A stretch of DNA of 64,000 nt from Spirochaetia bacterium (lineage in GTDB: Bacteria > Spirochaetota > Spirochaetia > DSM-2461). Numbering within the stretch: position 1 is the stretch's first letter; each line of letters opens with the position of its first letter. The position numbers and the translations under genes were made by a program. Location of the stretch: the NCBI GenBank assembly GCA_963668315.1, contig OY764216.1:2560001-2624000 (forward strand), written 5' to 3'. The notes below the pieces were generated by a model that saw only the letters and a list, made by a program, of their open reading frames with translations, was not told the origin of the DNA and did no database searches. Shown here one piece after another: positions 38,318-47,363 of the stretch.

Positions 38318-39616
38318 CTAGCGGTAGGGCTTAAGCAGTTTGTCCGCTTCTTCCTGGGCGTTTGCCAGTGCCGATTCGGGAGTCTCCGCACCGGTCAAAG
38401 CGGCCTGGATCGCATCGTCGAGGAGCTTTCTCACGCGGCCCGTCTGGAATGTGGAAAGTTCGGCCGTGGCATACTCCAGCTGATCCCGTGCGACCTGAGC
38501 GGCGGGAAAACCGGCGGTGTATTCCGTGAGTGCCTCCGTATTATAGGCGGCGGGGCTGATTCCCATATATCCGGTCTTCTGACTCCAGAGAGCGGAGTTT
38601 TCCGGTGATGTCATATAGCGGATAAGTTTGACGGAAGCCCTTTTCTCCTCTTCGGTGGAGTTCTTGAACACGTAGAAATTGCCTCCTCCCGTGGGCGAGC
38701 CCCTTCTGACGGAAGAGGGCAGCATGGCGACTCCGAAGTCAAAGGAGGCGTTCTCCTTGACGGCTGTCAGATTTCCCGTTGAATGCCACATCATGGCGGT
38801 TTTCCCTTCGAGAAACTGCTGTCTGAGAGTTCCCCACTCGATGGTGCCCTCGGGCATGATCTTATGATCCCGGCCCAGGGAGAGCCAGAATTTCAGGGCG
38901 TCTACAACGGCGGGACGGTCAAAATAGGTTTCCGTGCCGTCGCCGCTCATAAGGACCTGGTTATTTTCCATGGCCAGGGCTCCGAACATCCAGTAGGGAT
39001 AACCGGTCGAGGGAATCATGAGACCCCAGCGGCTTCCGTCGGCCTTTGTCAGCGCCTTGCCCATGGAGATCATTTCATCCCAGTTCGCGGGAGGTGTTTC
39101 GGGGTCAAGTCCCGCGTCACGGAAGGCGTCTTTGTTGTAGTACATGACGATGGTGGATCTCTGGAAGGGAATTCCCCAGGTCTTTCCTTTGTATTGTCCG
39201 TTTTCCATAAGGGCGGGATAGAAGGAGTTAAGCCAGGCTTTCTCCTCATCGGTTTTCACGATGTCATCGAAGGGAACGATCACATCCTTCTCCATGAGAT
39301 CATAGATATCAATGGAAAAAAGAACGGAAAGCTGGGCGGGCTTGCCGCTTTCCAGGGCCGCCAGGGCTTTGATGCGGGCATCATTGTAATTTCCCGCATA
39401 GATGGCATTTACCTTGATGTCCGGATTCTCCGCCATAAATCCGTTTACCATTCCGTCAATAACTTCGGTTAAGGGACCGCCCACGGAAATGGGGTAGTAC
39501 ATGGTCAGTTCAACAGGACCGGTCGGAAGGGATTCGCCCTTTTCCTGATTTCCATTAGCCCATAATCCGATGGTCAAGATCATGAGAATTGTCAGAATCA
39601 TACTTCTCTTAAACAT
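38318..39616 (-). CDS. ABC transporter solute-binding protein (UgpB-like, family 1)
   Basis: Signal peptide, GIPFQRSTIVMYYNKDAF and TGYM. ATG 39616 follows GAGGAG. Confidence 0.92.
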   Translation of the reverse strand: MFKRSMILTILMILTIGLWANGNQEKGESLPTGPVELTMYYPISVGGPLTEVIDGMVNGFMAENPDIKVNAIYAGNYNDARIKALAALESGKPAQLSVLFSIDIYDLMEKDVIVPFDDIVKTDEEKAWLNSFYPALMENGQYKGKTWGIPFQRSTIVMYYNKDAFRDAGLDPETPPANWDEMISMGKALTKADGSRWGLMIPSTGYPYWMFGALAMENNQVLMSGDGTETYFDRPAVVDALKFWLSLGRDHKIMPEGTIEWGTLRQQFLEGKTAMMWHSTGNLTAVKENASFDFGVAMLPSSVRRGSPTGGGNFYVFKNSTEEEKRASVKLIRYMTSPENSALWSQKTGYMGISPAAYNTEALTEYTAGFPAAQVARDQLEYATAELSTFQTGRVRKLLDDAIQAALTGAETPESALANAQEEADKLLKPYR

Positions 39617-39709
39617 ATTCACTCTCCTCAAATATTTTATCCCCGCTAAAAAGTGTTATCGCCGGGGACAGTACATAGTTATGGCAGAGCTGTTTTCCGT
39701 TTAGATTAG

Positions 39710-39813
39710 AAAAAAGGGAATTGATGATGGCCGTAGCAACCCCTTTCCTACAAGGGGAACAGAAGAGAAGCTCTGTTTACGGACACGTTGGTTTTCTCAA
39801 TTCTCCACCAACG
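39710..39813 (-). promoter_or_regulatory. Putative GlpP-dependent antiterminator/terminator leader
   Basis: Minus-strand hairpin CGTTGGT-(GGAGAATTGAGAAA)-ACCAACG. Its loop segment GAATTGA can instead pair with TCAATTC just before CC-TTTTTT. Confidence 0.65.
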
Positions 39814-39909
39814 AACGAACCGTTTTATGAAAGCAATTATGAGGATCTCCCGTTCAGGAAACATGAAGGTCTTGTTAGGAAACGGTAAATCATAGGGGGG
39901 GTCGGACAT

Positions 39910-39943
39910 AAAAAAAGGGCTGTCCGCTAAGGAGACAGCCCTT
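39910..39943 (-). terminator. Rho-independent terminator after the first PEPCK gene
   Basis: Stem AAGGGCTGTC/GACAGCCCTT followed by a T-run on the minus strand. Confidence 0.88.
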
Positions 39944-39968
39944 GTCAATCAGGATAATCCCTTAGGAA

Positions 39969-41858
39969 TTAACCCTTGTAAGCTCCGGGAAGGATCTCGT
40001 CGCCGTACTTTTCCTTAACGGCTTTGTACTTGGCGATGGCAGCGTCCCAGTACTCGTTCAGCTCCGCGGGAACGTTGCTGTCCTTGCTGGCGAAGAATTT
40101 CTTGGTTCTTTCCAGTTTTTCGATCAGCTTGGTACAGCGGAAGGTGAAGAGGTAGTCGTACTTCTCTTTGGTGAAGCCTTCATTGGGAAGGAATTCCTTG
40201 AAGAGGGCGTCCAGATCTTCAAACTTGGGAATCTTGCCGGAGGGAGTATCGATCGCATCGTACTCGCCGTGGATTCTGCCTTCGGCCCAGTGTACCCATA
40301 CTTTCTTAGCCAGCTTGCTGGTCATGAATTCGCCCTTGGGGCCTCTCATGAAGTAGTTGGTGGAGAAAACTTTGGGCTCTTCCTTCATGCCTTCCACGAA
40401 TTTGATATTGTTCATGGTGTACTCGCCGAGGGGGTAGGAGACAAAGTCCATGTTGGCCATGGGAGAAGCGGCTCTGACACCTTCCGCACCGAGGGTAGCT
40501 GCGGTGGTTTCGGACTCGAGGGTACAGGCCTTGAGGAGAATACCGTCTTTCCAGCTGGGAGATTCTTCACAGGGTACGGATGTGTCACTGTCCCGTCCAC
40601 CGTAGAGAATTCCGGAAACCTTGACACCTTCCTTGGCTTCGAAACCTTCTTTGTCGTAGTTTTCGAGGTAGTCCAGTCTCATGGTGTAGCGGGAGTTGGG
40701 GTGGGCTACGCCGATTTCCTTGCCCGTGGCGTCCTTGTTGCCTTCGGCCCACTCACCGGAGTGGTTCATTCCGGTCTTGGGAGCTTCAACGCCCTGGCCG
40801 AGCCAGTAAGGCATCTTGTCGGGACCCTGGAGGATGTTGGAGAAGATAACTTCCTGGTTCTTCATGCAGTTCTCGAAGATGACCGGATCGTCCTCGGCGT
40901 TAACATCTTTGATGATGCCGAAGATACCCTGCTCTACGTTTACGGCGCGGAATTCGCCGTTGATATTTCTGGCGTAGATGATGTCGTCACCGACGATTTT
41001 TTCGCCGGGGATCATGGCCGTAGCGGTTTTACCGCAGGCGGAGGGGTAGGCGCCGGAGAAATAGGTTTTTCTTCCGCCCTTTCCGATACAGGCCATGAGG
41101 AACATGTGCTCGCAGAGCCAGCCCTCTTCTCCGGCCTTATTGATAGCCAGTCTCATGGCGTGCTTTTTCAGGCCGACGGAGTTTCCGGCGTACTGAGCGT
41201 TCATGGAGTAGACGATATTGTTCTGGGTGTCCATGTAGATCCGTCTTTTATCAAGATTGACGGAGCATCCTCTTTCATCGACTTTTCCGGCGGAGTGGAT
41301 GAAACGGAAAAAATCGTCACAGCCGGGATTCTTCAGGAAGTGGGTGTAACCGGCTCTGTAGAGAATGGTTTCGGAGTGGGTTACGTAGGAGGAGTCGGTG
41401 AACTGGATACAGGGGATGGTGAAGGGGGATTCGGCAGGTCCTTCGGTGAAGAACTTGACGTAGGCTTCCTTGCCTTCCATGTTGCCTTTGGCAATTCCCA
41501 TGATCTCTTCCAGGGCTTCGTCGTAGGGGAGGGAGTTCATGGCTTTCATCTTTTCCATGTTTTCGGGGTAAACCATGTACCGGGTGTTGACTTTGTCGCG
41601 GGCCTGATCGCCGTAGCCATCCCAGTGGATGGTCTGCTCGGAATGGGCCATAGGATGTTCTTCCCCGTTTTCCAGGGCGACTTTTCTGATGTAGGCTTCG
41701 TCTTCTGCACTGTCATCGCACACGTAAATTGAGGCGGGATTGCAGTGTTCGGCAAAGGAACCAATAAATTCCATAACCTTGTCGTTCTTAAGAGCTTCCA
41801 GTTTCGCAAAGCTCTTGCCACTCATTTTGCTTTTTAACAAATCGGTGTAATCAGCCAT
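39969..41858 (-). CDS. pckG: Phosphoenolpyruvate carboxykinase (GTP), archaeal/Thermococcus-like subtype
   Basis: YAGNSVGLKK, GWLCEHM, AYPSACGKT, VGDDI, HPNSRY and YGGRD. Confidence 0.93.
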   Translation of the reverse strand: MADYTDLLKSKMSGKSFAKLEALKNDKVMEFIGSFAEHCNPASIYVCDDSAEDEAYIRKVALENGEEHPMAHSEQTIHWDGYGDQARDKVNTRYMVYPENMEKMKAMNSLPYDEALEEIMGIAKGNMEGKEAYVKFFTEGPAESPFTIPCIQFTDSSYVTHSETILYRAGYTHFLKNPGCDDFFRFIHSAGKVDERGCSVNLDKRRIYMDTQNNIVYSMNAQYAGNSVGLKKHAMRLAINKAGEEGWLCEHMFLMACIGKGGRKTYFSGAYPSACGKTATAMIPGEKIVGDDIIYARNINGEFRAVNVEQGIFGIIKDVNAEDDPVIFENCMKNQEVIFSNILQGPDKMPYWLGQGVEAPKTGMNHSGEWAEGNKDATGKEIGVAHPNSRYTMRLDYLENYDKEGFEAKEGVKVSGILYGGRDSDTSVPCEESPSWKDGILLKACTLESETTAATLGAEGVRAASPMANMDFVSYPLGEYTMNNIKFVEGMKEEPKVFSTNYFMRGPKGEFMTSKLAKKVWVHWAEGRIHGEYDAIDTPSGKIPKFEDLDALFKEFLPNEGFTKEKYDYLFTFRCTKLIEKLERTKKFFASKDSNVPAELNEYWDAAIAKYKAVKEKYGDEILPGAYKG

Positions 41859-42067
41859 TTTAACTCCTTTGTGTTTATTTAATCTAAATCTTTAAGCTTT
41901 TCATTATATAGCTTTACAGAAAACGAATAAAAAGTCAATGATAAAGGCAACCCCGTCGTAAAGCCGGTATGATGTAGGGAAAAGGAGGGGGATGGAATTT
42001 ACAGAAACTTTTATCTGGGATATAAATAGATAAAAAAATACTTTGAAAAAAAACGAGGTCCGGCGGG

Positions 42068-42442
42068 ATGGAAAAAACAAAAGGAAAAATGGAAGCGGAG
42101 ATAAGCGAAGCGGTAATCCGCTTTGAAAAAGAGTTTATGGGAAGAGGGCCTCTTGAAACAAAAAGCTATATTCTCGACGATATGATTATCGTCAGGCTCA
42201 GAGATGTTCTGACCCCCGCGGAAAAAAAGCTGGCCCAGTCGGACGACCCCAACGACGGAAGAGTCCTTATAAAGAGAATGCGCCATGCGCTCCTGGAGAA
42301 GGGACGGCCCCTGCTGGAAGCGGCGATTTTCAATATAACCGGGGAGAGTGTTATTTCCGTGCATTCCGACTTGAGTACGAAGACGGGGGAGAAGATTATT
42401 ATATTCTCCCTGGATGGAAAACTATTTCTTTCAGAATCATAA
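42068..42442 (+). CDS. DUF2294 / MpsC family protein
   Basis: EAEISEAVIRFEKEFMGRGP, LTPAEKKL and SVHSDLSTKTGE. Confidence 0.9.
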   Translation: MEKTKGKMEAEISEAVIRFEKEFMGRGPLETKSYILDDMIIVRLRDVLTPAEKKLAQSDDPNDGRVLIKRMRHALLEKGRPLLEAAIFNITGESVISVHSDLSTKTGEKIIIFSLDGKLFLSES

Positions 42443-42459
42443 TTGAGGCGTCCGGTTTA

Positions 42460-42487
42460 TTGACGAAAAGCCATATTTGATTAAAAT
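42460..42487 (+). promoter_or_regulatory. Putative sigma-70 promoter of the second PEPCK gene
   Basis: TTGACG-N16-TAAAAT, about 180 nt upstream of ATG 42670. Confidence 0.55.
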
Positions 42488-42494
42488 GATCCTT

Positions 42495-42669
42495 GCTCGT
42501 ATTCAGGGGAGAAAGGGTTGAATAAACCGGTTCTCCTAAGAATCCCGCAGCCCTTTCCAACCCAAGGCTTGCATAGGTCCGGAATATCCGGGCGGCTGCT
42601 AAGATAGGGGATTATACAATATCCGGCAGGCTTGGAAAAATATGACCATGCCGGGACAAGGAGTAAATA
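42495..42669 (+). promoter_or_regulatory. Long structured 5' leader, candidate cis-regulatory RNA
   Basis: Several alternative helices (listed in findings). The last hairpin abuts the SD AAGGAG. Confidence 0.5.
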
Positions 42670-44487
42670 ATGTCTGTTCAAACAAAACATGCAAAATTGA
42701 ATGCATGGGTTAAGGAGATCGCCGATCTCTGTACCCCCGACAGTGTAGTTCTCTGTGACGGAAGTCAGGCGGAATACGATGAAATGATTAAAATCTGTGT
42801 GGATGGCGGTCTGGCTATTCCCCTGAACGAGAAGAAGAGACCCGGTTCGGTTCTTTTCTCTTCCGATCCCTCCGACGTGGCCCGTGTCGAAGCGCGTACC
42901 TATATCGCTTCCGAGACCAAAGAAGCCGCCGGTCCCACCAACAACTGGATCGATCCCAAAGAACTGAAGACCACGATGAAAGGTTATTACCAGGGATGTA
43001 TGAAGGGCAGAACCATGTACGTGATCCCCTTCTCCATGGGACCTGTCGGTTCCAACATCGCCAAGATCGGTGTTGAAATCACCGACTCCGCCTATGTTGT
43101 AGCCAATATGCACATCATGACCCGCGTGGGAAGCAAAGTTATGGACGTTCTCGGTTCCGACGGTGAGTTCATCGAGTGTCTCCACTCCGTGGGCAAGCCC
43201 CTGGCCGAAGGCGAAAGCGACGAGGGCAAATGGCCCTGCGCTCCCATCGAAGATAAATATATCTCCCACTTCCCCGAAACAAGACAGATCTGGTCTTACG
43301 GTTCCGGTTACGGTGGAAACGCTCTTCTGGGTAAGAAGTGTCTGGCCCTGAGAATCGCCAGCGTTGTCGCCCGTGATGAGGGATGGCTCGCCGAGCACAT
43401 GCTCATTCTCAAGATCACCAGCCCCGAAGGCGTTGTCAAGAACGTGGCAGCCGCTTTCCCCTCCGCCTGCGGAAAAACCAACCTGGCCATGCTTATCCCC
43501 ACCATTCCCGGCTGGAAGGTGGAAACCATCGGTGACGATATCGCCTGGATGAAGTACGGTAAAGACGGAAGACTCTACGCCATCAACCCCGAAGCGGGAT
43601 TTTTCGGCGTTGCTCCCGGTACATCGGACGACTCCAACCCCAGCGCCATGAAATCCATTGAGAAAAACACCATTTTCACCAACGTTGCCCTCACTGAGGA
43701 CAAGGATATCTGGTGGGAAGGAATCGGATACGACGCTCCCGGCAAGCTGATCGACTGGAAAGGCAACGAGTGGGTTCAGGACAAAGGCAACAAGGAACAG
43801 GCTCCCGCGGCCCATCCCAATGCCCGTTTTACCGCTCCCGCTTCCCAGTGTCCCGTAATCGCTTCCGAATGGGAAGATCCCAAGGGTGTACCGATTGACG
43901 CTATCCTCTTCGGCGGACGCCGCCCCAGCACCATTCCCCTGGTTCACCAGGCCAAGAGCTGGAACCACGGTGTTTTCATGGGCTCCATCGTAGGTTCGGA
44001 AGTAACCGCCGCCGCTCTGGACATCAAGGCCGGTACCATCCGCCGCGATCCCTTTGCCATGCTTCCCTTCTGCGGATACCACATGGGAGAATACTTCAAG
44101 CACTGGATCGAAGTGGGCAAGAAATCCACCGAAGACAAGCTTCCCAAGATTTTCTTTGTCAACTGGTTCCGCAAGACCGCCGAAGGCAAATGGCTCTGGC
44201 CCGGTTACGGTGACAACAGCCGCGTTCTGAAGTGGGTTTTCCAGCAGTGTGAAGGCACCGGTGATTTCGTTGAGACTCCCATCGGCAACATGCCCACCAT
44301 TGACGCTATCGACAGACCCGAAGGTGTTTCTGCCGAGGATATGAAGGAACTCCTTTCCGTTGATAAGGAAGGATGGCTCAAGGAGCTGGCCGACGTTCGG
44401 GACAATCACTATCCCAAATTCGGCGACAAGCTTCCTTCCGAGCTGACCGAATTCCTGAACTCCGTTGAAGCTTCCCTCAAGGGCTGA
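42670..44487 (+). CDS. pckG: Phosphoenolpyruvate carboxykinase (GTP), canonical bacterial subtype
   Basis: [47 protein letters not shown] and [10 protein letters not shown]. Confidence 0.97.
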   Translation: MSVQTKHAKLNAWVKEIADLCTPDSVVLCDGSQAEYDEMIKICVDGGLAIPLNEKKRPGSVLFSSDPSDVARVEARTYIASETKEAAGPTNNWIDPKELKTTMKGYYQGCMKGRTMYVIPFSMGPVGSNIAKIGVEITDSAYVVANMHIMTRVGSKVMDVLGSDGEFIECLHSVGKPLAEGESDEGKWPCAPIEDKYISHFPETRQIWSYGSGYGGNALLGKKCLALRIASVVARDEGWLAEHMLILKITSPEGVVKNVAAAFPSACGKTNLAMLIPTIPGWKVETIGDDIAWMKYGKDGRLYAINPEAGFFGVAPGTSDDSNPSAMKSIEKNTIFTNVALTEDKDIWWEGIGYDAPGKLIDWKGNEWVQDKGNKEQAPAAHPNARFTAPASQCPVIASEWEDPKGVPIDAILFGGRRPSTIPLVHQAKSWNHGVFMGSIVGSEVTAAALDIKAGTIRRDPFAMLPFCGYHMGEYFKHWIEVGKKSTEDKLPKIFFVNWFRKTAEGKWLWPGYGDNSRVLKWVFQQCEGTGDFVETPIGNMPTIDAIDRPEGVSAEDMKELLSVDKEGWLKELADVRDNHYPKFGDKLPSELTEFLNSVEASLKG

Positions 44488-44507
44488 TTTTCCGGCAGGG
44501 AATAATT

Positions 44508-44542
44508 AAAAGGGCCGTCCCGGCATATGCGGGACGGCCCTT
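44508..44542. terminator. Probable bidirectional terminator between convergent genes
   Basis: 12-bp stem AAGGGCCGTCCC/GGGACGGCCCTT. Confidence 0.85.
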
Positions 44543-44585
44543 ATCAGTTTATAACAGCCTTTCGCGGCTGTGTTCAGTCAGGCTT

Positions 44586-45560
44586 CTACTTCCTGAGAAT
44601 CTCCTCTATTTTCTCCAGTTCCTCTCCGCTCAAAGCCGGTGCCTCCAGTGCCGTCAGGCTGTCTTCAAGCTGTTCCATACGGCTGGCCCCCACTATGGCG
44701 GAGGTAACTCCCTTATGACGCAGAACCCAGGTGACGGCCAGAGAGGCGAGGGATTGTCCTCTCTCCCGGGCGAGGCCGTTCAATTCCCCGGCCTTTTCGA
44801 TGAGGCTTTCGGTTATATTGGCTTCCTTCAGAAACAGATTTTTCGCCGCCCGGGAATCTCCGGGGATACCGTTCAGGTAACGGTTCGTCAGAAGGCCCTG
44901 GGCCAGGGGAGAAAACACGGTAATGCCCGTGCCGCTGACTTCCAGAACATGATCGAGCATGCCTTCGAGGCTGCGGTCCAGCATATTATAGCGGCCCTGA
45001 TAAACCACACAGGGCGTTCCCAGGGACTTCAGTATCTCCAGCGCGCTGCTGGCGGCGGCGGCCGGATATTTTGACAGGCCCGCATAAAGGGCTCTTCCCG
45101 ACCTTACCGCATAGTCCAGGGCCGTCATGGTCTCTTCAAGGGGGGTATCGGGATCGTATCTGTGGGAATAGAAGATATCCACATGATCCAGCTTCATGCG
45201 TTTGAGGCTCTGATCAAGGCTGGTAATGAGGTGTTTGCGGCTTCCCCAGTCTCCGTAGGGACCTTCCCACATGGGGTGGCCCGCTTTGGTGGAGAGGATG
45301 ATTTCATGTCGGTGGGAATGAAGGGATCTTTCCATGATTTTCCCGAAGGTGCTCTCCGCACTTCCCGGAGGAGGCCCGTAGTTGTTTGCCAGGTCGAAAT
45401 GGGTAATTCCCCGGTCAAAGGCTCCCATGACAAGAGCCTCGCATTTATCAATGTCATCCCCGGCACCGAAATTATGCCAGAGCCCCAGGGAGAGGGCGGG
45501 GAGTTTAAGCCCGCTCCGTCCGCATCTTCTGTATTCCATTTTGTCGTATCGCCCCATCAT
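44586..45560 (-). CDS. Aldo/keto reductase (YghZ/Gpr-like)
   Basis: SLGLWHNFG, FDLANNYGPPPGSAE, STKAG and DIFYSHR. Confidence 0.93.
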   Translation of the reverse strand: MMGRYDKMEYRRCGRSGLKLPALSLGLWHNFGAGDDIDKCEALVMGAFDRGITHFDLANNYGPPPGSAESTFGKIMERSLHSHRHEIILSTKAGHPMWEGPYGDWGSRKHLITSLDQSLKRMKLDHVDIFYSHRYDPDTPLEETMTALDYAVRSGRALYAGLSKYPAAAASSALEILKSLGTPCVVYQGRYNMLDRSLEGMLDHVLEVSGTGITVFSPLAQGLLTNRYLNGIPGDSRAAKNLFLKEANITESLIEKAGELNGLARERGQSLASLAVTWVLRHKGVTSAIVGASRMEQLEDSLTALEAPALSGEELEKIEEILRK

Positions 45561-46720
45561 ATTCCTCCTGCAAGTGCGGTAAAGAGGGTGACACCCGCGG
45601 CGATCACCCTGTCGTTGAAATCAAACCGGGACGTGTGGAGGGACGGCCAGTCAGCCCCCAGTCCCAGCTGAAAGAAACATCCCGGAGCTTTCTCCAGGCA
45701 GAAGGCGAAGTCCTCGGCTATCATATCGGCCTTATCCGCCCGAACGGCCGAGCTCTGCCCGAAGAGGGAACCCGCCAGGGAGAGTACCTTGTCGGCATGG
45801 GCCGGATCGTTGATAACGGGCAGATCATACCGCCTGTCGAAACTGTCGGTTACGGACGTGCCGCTCCGTACCGCTTCTTCCGCCGCCAGCCTTTTCAATT
45901 CGCCGTAAAGGTGATTCCCCTGTTCCCGTGCCAGGTAGCGGGTGGTGCCTTCCACGGTGCATCTGTCGGGGATGATATTGGCGCTGGAGCCTCCGGATAC
46001 GATACAGGCGGATACGACCGAACCGGTCTCACCGTTGACGCGGCCGTGCAGTTCTTCCGCGTCCAGAATGAACCGGGCGGCGGAGGGCAGGGGGTTGAGT
46101 CCGTTTTCAGGGGTGGCTCCGTGGGTGCCCCGGCCGGTGAAGGTAAAGGAGAACGTATCGGTGGCGGCCATCAGGGTGCCCTCTCGGGTTCTGATCTGTC
46201 CTTCCCCGATTCCCGGCCATCCGTGCAGGGCGTAGGACTCGGTGCAGTTGTCATAGGCCCCCCTTTCCGCGAGAGTCCGTCCGGCACAGCGCATCTCTTC
46301 TCCCGGCTGGAAGACGAAGCGAACCCTCCGGGTGAGATGCCCTCTCCGGGAACAGAGAGCTTTTGCCGCTCCGACCAGGATGGCCATGTGCCCGTCGTGT
46401 CCGCAGGCGTGCATTCTGCCCTCGTGAACGGATTTCCAGCCCCTCTCCTCCTCTTCGGTAATCATCAGGCCGTCCATGTCGGCCCTCAGAATGACCGTAT
46501 CCTCCCAGGTCCCCGAAGGGAGCAGATCGGCAACAATATCCGTGCCTATATAGGGTTCGTGGAAAATCAGGGGAAGACCGGAAAGTTCCTCCATGAGTCT
46601 TGCTTTTGTTTTATGTTCTTCCAGGGCGATTTCGGGGATACGGTGAAGATCGCGGCGGAGAAGGGTTAATTCCTCTGTAAGATTCGGAAAAAGTGTGTTA
46701 AAATCATCAGGACTGTTCAT
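45557..46720 (-). CDS. M20 family amidohydrolase
   Basis: RRDLHRIPE, LRADMDGL, MHACGHDGH, FQPGEE and AEDF. Promoter TTGTTA-N17-TAAGAT-N6-ATG. Confidence 0.94.
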   Translation of the reverse strand: MNSPDDFNTLFPNLTEELTLLRRDLHRIPEIALEEHKTKARLMEELSGLPLIFHEPYIGTDIVADLLPSGTWEDTVILRADMDGLMITEEEERGWKSVHEGRMHACGHDGHMAILVGAAKALCSRRGHLTRRVRFVFQPGEEMRCAGRTLAERGAYDNCTESYALHGWPGIGEGQIRTREGTLMAATDTFSFTFTGRGTHGATPENGLNPLPSAARFILDAEELHGRVNGETGSVVSACIVSGGSSANIIPDRCTVEGTTRYLAREQGNHLYGELKRLAAEEAVRSGTSVTDSFDRRYDLPVINDPAHADKVLSLAGSLFGQSSAVRADKADMIAEDFAFCLEKAPGCFFQLGLGADWPSLHTSRFDFNDRVIAAGVTLFTALAGGI

Positions 46721-46907
46721 GATTCCATCTTAAAGTAAGTTCCTGGAAATAACAATGAGGTTCGGAAAGGAATAATATTTCCGGACGAAATGGACAAATG
46801 AGGACATTTATGGTCAATAGGGGAAAATAGGGGTGAATAATCTTCCCTAGAAATTCAAATTATGATATTTTATACTTGTTAAATAAAGATTAGGAGGAGT
46901 CAGGAAA

Positions 46908-47360
46908 ATGTATGAATTAGATTCCTATATGGATGTTAAGAATATTAGTTTCATCCAGGAAAGTTCTAAGGAAAAAGTACTGGAAAAAATGGTACAGCTG
47001 AGTTTTGATAACGGAAAGATAAGGGACCTGGATAGCTTCAAGAATGCTATTTTCGACAGGGAAGGAATTATGAGCACCGGCCTCGGACTGGGACTGGCCG
47101 TGCCCCATGCCAAGCTGAAGGGGATCGATGAGTTTTTCGTTACCATCGGAATCCTGAAAAATCCCGTGGAGTGGCAGGCTATCGATGATCAGCCCGTTTC
47201 TCTTGTTTTCATGATAGGCGGTCCCGATAACAGACAGCAGGATTATCTGGGTATTCTTTCAAAGCTGGTCCTTTTCACCAAAAACAGCGACCGCCATGAA
47301 GGACTTCTGAAAGCTTCCACTCCTGAGGATGTCATCAAGTTATTCATATCGAGAAATTAA
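46908..47360 (+). CDS. PTS EIIA domain protein (fructose/mannitol/Ntr type)
   Basis: DREGIMSTGLGLGLAVPHA, which carries the phospho-His. Confidence 0.93.
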   Translation: MYELDSYMDVKNISFIQESSKEKVLEKMVQLSFDNGKIRDLDSFKNAIFDREGIMSTGLGLGLAVPHAKLKGIDEFFVTIGILKNPVEWQAIDDQPVSLVFMIGGPDNRQQDYLGILSKLVLFTKNSDRHEGLLKASTPEDVIKLFISRN

Positions 47361-47363
47361 GCC

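Noticed and set aside
36634..39616. Missing ABC ATPase as evidence of a broken transporter
   Set aside because: Carbohydrate ABC systems commonly share an ATPase encoded elsewhere, and all three genes are intact.
42495..42669. Assignment of the pckG leader to the c-di-AMP (ydaO), cobalamin or Na+ riboswitch classes
   Set aside because: Only short fragments resemble those consensus sequences and the core elements are missing. It is left as an unclassified candidate.
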